In this document: positions 57,656 through 64,000 of the stretch, in pieces | Layout of the letters: every line of letters begins with the position of its first letter | Position numbering within the stretch: the stretch's first letter is position 1 | Source of the DNA: Felis catus | Taxonomy: Eukaryota | Direction: 5' to 3' | Assembly (NCBI RefSeq): GCF_018350175.1 | Contig: NC_058369.1 | Coordinates: forward strand, 7,132,001 to 7,196,000 | DNA: 64,000 nt | Made by a program: the position numbers and the translations under genes | The notes under the pieces: generated by a model | The model's input: only the letters and a program-made list of their open reading frames with translations | What the model was told of the DNA's origin: nothing | Database searches by the model: none

Positions 57656-59697
57656 TAAATGTAGTTATTCTAACATGACTTTTACAAATGCTTGTGAGGA
57701 AATCTCCAGCATTTCTACACTGCTTACCCCAAACCTAACTGGACTGTCAAAGCCCATAAGGTTCCCAGTAAGAGAAGCCTATGTCATTAGTTCTCAAATG
57801 AGATTCATACAAATGGGAAATTCACATCTGGTGCAGTAGTTTTATGCCAACCCCATTCATGTCCCCAGGTTCTGCTTGGCACTTTGAAGGCATCTTGTGT
57901 GGGTTCCCTCCACTTACCTTTGACATAAAAATCGGTGCAACACCCCACACCCACTCCCCTGCCCCAAATGTTTGCATCCATGGGAGGTGGGGTCAGCCCT
58001 TGGTAGTCTTTTGAGTAGAAGAACATTGAGGTGAGGGTCCAGGATTGTTCACTGTAGCAGAAGGGAGCAGAGCAGGCAGTGAGAAGAGACATTCCACTCT
58101 CTGAATTTCTGGACCATTTGGTTCTCTGGAATTTCCTTCCTCCCCGCCCCCCCCTTAGAAAAGTTAAATCAAGGAATCCGATTTCATTAGTGAACTCTTA
58201 CCTAGCTGTATTTTTATGAATAAACAGCCTGACCTCTGCATCTGCAGGTGCACCTTTGTCACGACCTCTAGAAATGAGAGGTCCTGGGTTTCCAGTGCAG
58301 TGCATAAGCAGATGGTCAGGATAGAGTTATTGGCCAAAGCTGTGTGTTGGCGGGGAGCTCATGGGGGCTAGGGCATTTTACTTCTGTCACAAAATATTCT
58401 TTGTCCACAGAACAAAGCCAAGAATCAGTGATCAGTAAATGTGTGTAAGCATCCTCATAGTTCACCTAACAGTACCGTGTCTCGCTATGCTCATTATGTA
58501 GTGAAGAAAAGAACCTAGCCTCTTCAAAATCTTTTTTTTTTTTTTGGGGGGGGGGGGGTGGAATGTAGGTTGAAAATTTTCCATTTTTTTTTAAAGATTT
58601 AAAAATTTTTGAAGTTTAAATAATCTCTATACCCACCGAGGTGCTTGACTTTACAACTTCGAGATTGAGTCACATGCTCCACTGACTGAGCCTGCCAGGC
58701 TCCAGAAAACTTGCCATTTTAAAAACATGGTTCTGATCTGTAAACTTAATATTAGTAATAGAGTCCCTGGCACTTAAAGGGCCTTCAGTTTACTGGCAGG
58801 TATTTTCTGGAGCTGGTCTGCCTGAGAAGCACAGCCCACCAGGAGGTATTGAAATTTCTTTTAACCACAGATCTCCACTTCTAGGTACCACCATTAAATA
58901 ATATTAACAATAGTCCTCTTAATTATTCTTAAATCCTTCTGTGTCCAGGCAGATGTTTTATTCATGGGGGTGTCAAGAAAAGGCTCAACAAGGGGCTATG
59001 AAGTTTTTATAAATCCTGAGTTTGGAGTGTCTAAATGTAGTAATAACCCCAAAGCACCTTAAAAATGTATCCTTTTCTCTACTACCAGATTGGGATTCTT
59101 TTACATTTTTAAGCTTTTCATATGGGAATTTTGAAGCACACACAAAAATAGTATAGTGCATCCTCCAGTCATCAACACTCAGCTGTGACAATTACCAATA
59201 TTTTACCAATCTCGGATCATCTTGACCTGACTGTATAATACACTATACACATGTGGCTATTTAATTTTTTTGAGATTTTATTTTTGAGTAATCTCTACAC
59301 CTAATGTGGGGCTCAAACTTGCAACCCCAAGATCAAGAGTCACACGCTCCACCGACAGACCCAGCAGGGCACCCCTTTGGCTATTTAAGTTAAAATATCA
59401 ATTACTTAAATCGCACTAGCCTCATTTCAAGGGCTCAAAGCCGTATGTGACTGGTGGCTACTGTATTAGGGCAGGTAATCATGTTGGACAGTGCTGGTAA
59501 CCTGTCCACCTGCTTTTTCTTATTTCTGGAGATTTTAAATTTTTTTTTTTTTTAAAGCAAATTTCAGAAATCATGTCCTTTCATCAGTACTATGCATCTG
59601 TTTTCTCATCTGGCAAACTCCAAAGTTCCCTGATTGTATCCAGAATATCTTTTTACAGTCGGTTTATTCAAATCAGGATGGTATCAGGGCCACCACA

Positions 59698-62600
59698 TTT
59701 TTTCATTTAAATTCAAGTTACTTAACATATAGTATAGTATTGGTTTCAGGGGTAGATTCATCACTTACATTTACATAAGTGCCCTCCTTAATGCCCGTCA
59801 CCCATTTAGCCCATCCCCCAAACCATCTCCCCTCCAGGAACCCTCAATTTGTTCTCTGTAGTTAAGAGTCTCTTATGGTTTGCTTCCCTCTCTCTTTTTA
59901 TCTTTTTCCTTCCTTTCCCCTATGTTCATGTGTTGTGTTTCTTAAATTCCATATATGAGGGAAATTACATATTTGTCTTTCTCTGACTGACTGATTTCAC
60001 TTAGCATTATACTCTAGTTCCATCTATGTTGTTGTAAATGGAAAGATTTCAAATTTTTTGACTGCTAAGTAATATTCCACTGTATACACATACCACACCT
60101 TCTTTATCCATTCACCCATCGCTGGACATTTGACTCTTTCCATCCTTTCGCTATTGTTGATAGTGCTGGTATAAACACTGGGGTGCATGTGCCCCGTCGA
60201 AACAGCATAGCTGTATCCCTTTGATAAATACCTAGTAGCGCAATTGCTGGGTCAATTCAATAGGGTAGTTCTATTTTTAATTTTTTGAGGAACCTCCATA
60301 CTGTTCTCCAGAGTGACTGCACCAGTTTGCATTCCCACCAGCAGTGCAAAAGGATTCCACTTTCTCCAAATCCTTTCCAACATCTGTTGCTCCTTGAGTT
60401 GTTAATTTTAGCCATTCTGACAGGTATGAGGTGATATCTCATTGTGGTTTTGATTTGTATTTCCCTGATGATGACTGATGTTGGACATCTCTTCATGTGT
60501 CTGTTGTAGCATCTGGATTCTTCATTGGAAAAGTGTCTGTTTATGTCTTCTGCCCATTTCTTCACTGGATTATTTGTTTTCTGGGTGTTGAATTTCTTAA
60601 ATTCTTTATACACTTTGGATACTAACCCTTTATCCAATTTGTCATTTGCAAATATTTTCTTCTATTCCATCGGTTGCCTTTTAGTTTTGTTGATTGTTTC
60701 TTTCCCCGTGCAAAAGTTTTTTGTCTTGATGAGATCCCAATAGTTCATTTTTACTTTTGTTTCCCTTGCCTCTTGAGACGTGTCTAGTGAGAAGTTGCTG
60801 TGGCTGAAGTCAAAGAGGTTGCTGCCTATGTTCTCCCCTAGGATTTTGATGGTTTCCTGTCTCATATTTAGGTCTTTCATCCATTTTGAATTTATTTTTG
60901 TGTATGATGTAAGAGCGTGGTCCAGTTTCATTCTTCTGCATGTCTCAGTCCAGTTTTCCCAGCACCATTTGCTGAAGAGACTGTCTTTTTTCCATTAGAT
61001 ATTTCTTTCCTGCTTTGTCAAAGATTAGTTGGGCATACATTTCTGGGTCCATTTCTGGGTTCTCTATTCTGTTCTTGATCTCTGTGTCTCATTTTGTGCT
61101 ACTACTATACTGTCTTGATAATTATAGCTTTATAATACAGCTTGAAGACCAGAATTATGATGCCTCCAGCTTTGGTTTTCTTTTTCATCATTACTTGGCT
61201 ATTTGGGGTCTTTTGTGGTTCCATACAAATTTTAGAATTGTTTGTTCTAGCTCTGGGAAGAATCCTGGTGTTATTTTGATAGGGATTGCATTGAGTGTGT
61301 AGATTGCTTTGGGTAGTATTGGGATTTTAACAATATTTGTTATTCTAATCCATGAGCATGGAATGTTTTTTTCCCATTTCTTTGTGTCTCCTTCAGTTTC
61401 TTTCATAAGCTTTCTATAATTTTCAGCATACAGCTCTTGTACCTCTTTGGTTAGGTTTATTCCCAAGTATCTTTCAGTTTTTGATGTAATTGTAAATGGG
61501 ATCAATTCCTTGATTTCTCTTTCTGCTGCTCTATTATTGGTGTATAGAAATGCAGGTGATTTCTGTAGACTGATTTTATAGTCTGCGACTTTAGTGAATT
61601 AATGTATCAGCTCTTGCAGTCTTTTGGTGGAGTCTTTCGAGCTTCCCATGTAGAGTATCATGTCATCTGCAGAGTGAAAGTTTGACTTCTTGGCTGCCAA
61701 TTAGATGCCTTTTATTTCTTTTTGTTGTCTGATTGCTGAGGCTAGGACTTCCAGTACTATATTGAACAACAGTGGTGAAAGTGGATATCCCTGTCGTGTT
61801 CCTGACCTTAGAGGGAAAGCTCTCAGTTTTTCCCCATTCAGGATGATATTAACTGTGGGTCTTTCATATATTGCCTTTATGATCTTAAGGTATGTTCCTT
61901 CTATCCCTACTCTCTTGAGGGTTTTTATCAAGAAAGGATGTTGTATTTTGTCAAATGCTTTTTCTGCATCTATTGAGAGAATCATATGTTTCTTATCCTT
62001 TCTTTTATTAATGTGGTGTATCACTTTGATTGACTTGCAAATACTGAATCAGTCCTGCAGCCCAGGAATAAACCCCACTTGATCATGGTGTGGATAATTA
62101 ATTTAATGTACTGTTGAATTTATTTTGCTAGTATCTTGTCAAGAATTTTTGCACCCAGGATCATCAGGGATATTGGCCTGTAATTCTCCTTTTCACTGGG
62201 GTCTAAGTCTGGTTTTGGAATCAAGATAATGCTGGTTTCATAGAATGAATTTGGAAGCTTTCTTTCCATTTCTGTTTTTGGAACCGTTTAAGAATAGGTA
62301 TTAACTCTGCTTTAAATGTCTGATAGAATTCCCCTGGGAAGCCATCTGGCCCAGGACTCTTGTTTGTTGGGAGATTTTAGATAACTAATTCATTTATTTT
62401 CTGGTTATGGGCCTGTTCAAATTTTCTATTTCTTCCTGTTTCAGTTTTGATAGTTTGTATGTTTCTAGGAATTTGTCCATTTCTTCCAGATTGCCCAGTT
62501 TGTTGGCATATAATTTTTCATAGTGTTCTCTTATAATTGTTTGTATTTCTGTGGTGTTGTTTGTGATCTCTCCTCTTTCACTTTTGATTTTGTCAATTTG

Positions 62601-64000
62601 GGTCCTTTCTCATTTTGAGAAGTCTGGCTAGGAGTTTATCAATTTTGTTAATTCTTTTTTTTTTAATTTTTAAATTAAAAAATTTTTTTAAATTTATTTT
62701 TGAAGGAGAGAGAGACAGAGCACGAGCGAGGGAAGGGCAGAGAGAGAGAGGGAGACACAGAATTCGAAGCAGGCTCCAGGCTCTGAGCTGTCAGCACAGA
62801 GCCCAATATGGGACTTGAACTCATGAAATGTGAGATCATGACCTGAGCAGAAGTTGGACATTTAACCGGCTGAGCCACCTAGGTGCCCCTAAATTTTTTT
62901 TAATGTTTATTTATTTTTGAGAGAGAGACAGAGAGAGAGTACGAGCAGGGGAGAGGCAGAGAGAGAGAGAGGGAGACACAGAATCTGAAGCAGGCTCCAG
63001 GCTCTGAGCTGTCAGCACAGAGCCGGACCCGGGGCTTGAGCTCACAAACCATGAGATCATGACCTGAGCCGAGGTCCGCCACTTAACTGACTGAGTACCC
63101 CGATTTTGTCAATTCTTTGAAAGAACCAACCAACAACCAGTTTTGTTGATCTGGTTTTCCTATTTCTGTATTATTTATTTCTGCTCTAATCCTTATAATT
63201 TCCCTCCTGCTGGCTTTAGGCTTTATTTGCTGTTCTTTTTCTAGCTCCTTCAGGTGTAAGGTTAGATTGTGTATTTGGGACCTTTCTCACTTCTTGAGAT
63301 AGGCCTGAACTGCAATATACTTTCTTCTTAGGATTGTATTTGCTGCATTCCAAAGGGTTTGGATTGTCGTGTTTTCATTTTCATTGGTTTCCATGTACTT
63401 TTATTCTTGAATTTCCTGGTTAACTCATTCACTCTTTAGTAAGATGTTATTGAACCTCCATGTATTTGAGGGCTTTCAAAATTTTTTCTTGTGGTTGACT
63501 TCAAGTTCATAGTATTGTGATCTAATAATATGAATGGTATGATCTCAATCTTTTTGTACCTGTTTAGGACTGACTTGTGATCCAGTATGTGATCTATTCT
63601 GGAGAATGTTTCATGTGCACTCGAGAAAAATGTGTATTCTGCTGTTTTAGGATGAAATGTTATGAATATATCTATGAAGTCTCTCCAGCCCTGTGTGTCA
63701 TCCAAAGCCAGTTTCCTTGTTGATTTTCTGTTTAGATGATCTGTCCGTTGTTGTAAGTGGGGTGTTGAAGTCCCCTACTATTATTGTATTATTATCAACT
63801 AGTTTCTTCATGTTTGTGATCAATTGATTTATATATGTGGTTTCTCCCACTTTGGGGGCATAAATATTTACAGTTGTTAGATCTTCTTGATGAATAGACC
63901 CCTTAGTTATGATATAATGCCCTTCTTCATCTCTTGTTATAGTCTTTGTTTTAGAATCTAGTTTGTCTGATATAAGTATGGCTACTCTGGCTTTCCTTTG
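59698..64000 (-). mobile_element. Carnivore LINE-1 (3' part; runs off the window), interrupted by two tandem SINEs at about 62654-63101
   Basis: Minus-strand ORF2 fragments ([33 protein letters not shown]) and a T-rich 3' end at about 59700. Confidence 0.95.

Overview
Mammalian DNA, almost certainly felid: it carries abundant young CanSINE/SINEC_Fc copies and carnivore L1s. The window covers part of a KRAB-zinc-finger cluster. It holds one intact minus-strand gene, ZNF699 (5 coding exons, 637 aa, 16 C2H2 units, one GC-AG intron, CpG-island promoter at about 27.4-28.3 kb). Head-to-head with it is a plus-strand ZNF559 orthologue whose zinc-finger exon is destroyed by many stops and frameshifts. 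That locus keeps its CpG-island promoter, its splice sites and an open 106-aa KRAB-only reading frame whose stop sits 5 nt before the next junction. The two core promoters are inverted paralogues sharing a GC-box/ETS/NRF1/YY1 module. The remainder is mostly transposon-derived: a full-length degenerate L1 (5-11.7 kb), a second L1 on the minus strand (59.7-64 kb), more than 35 SINEs, a decayed ERV-L-type provirus, solo LTRs, MaLRs, and Tigger/Charlie DNA transposons, often nested. Gene names and repeat family names rest on my recall of human proteins and consensus sequences, not on database searches. Repeat boundaries are approximate unless TSDs are quoted. I found no wholly new biological system; the best candidate novelty is the KRAB-only relic of ZNF559.
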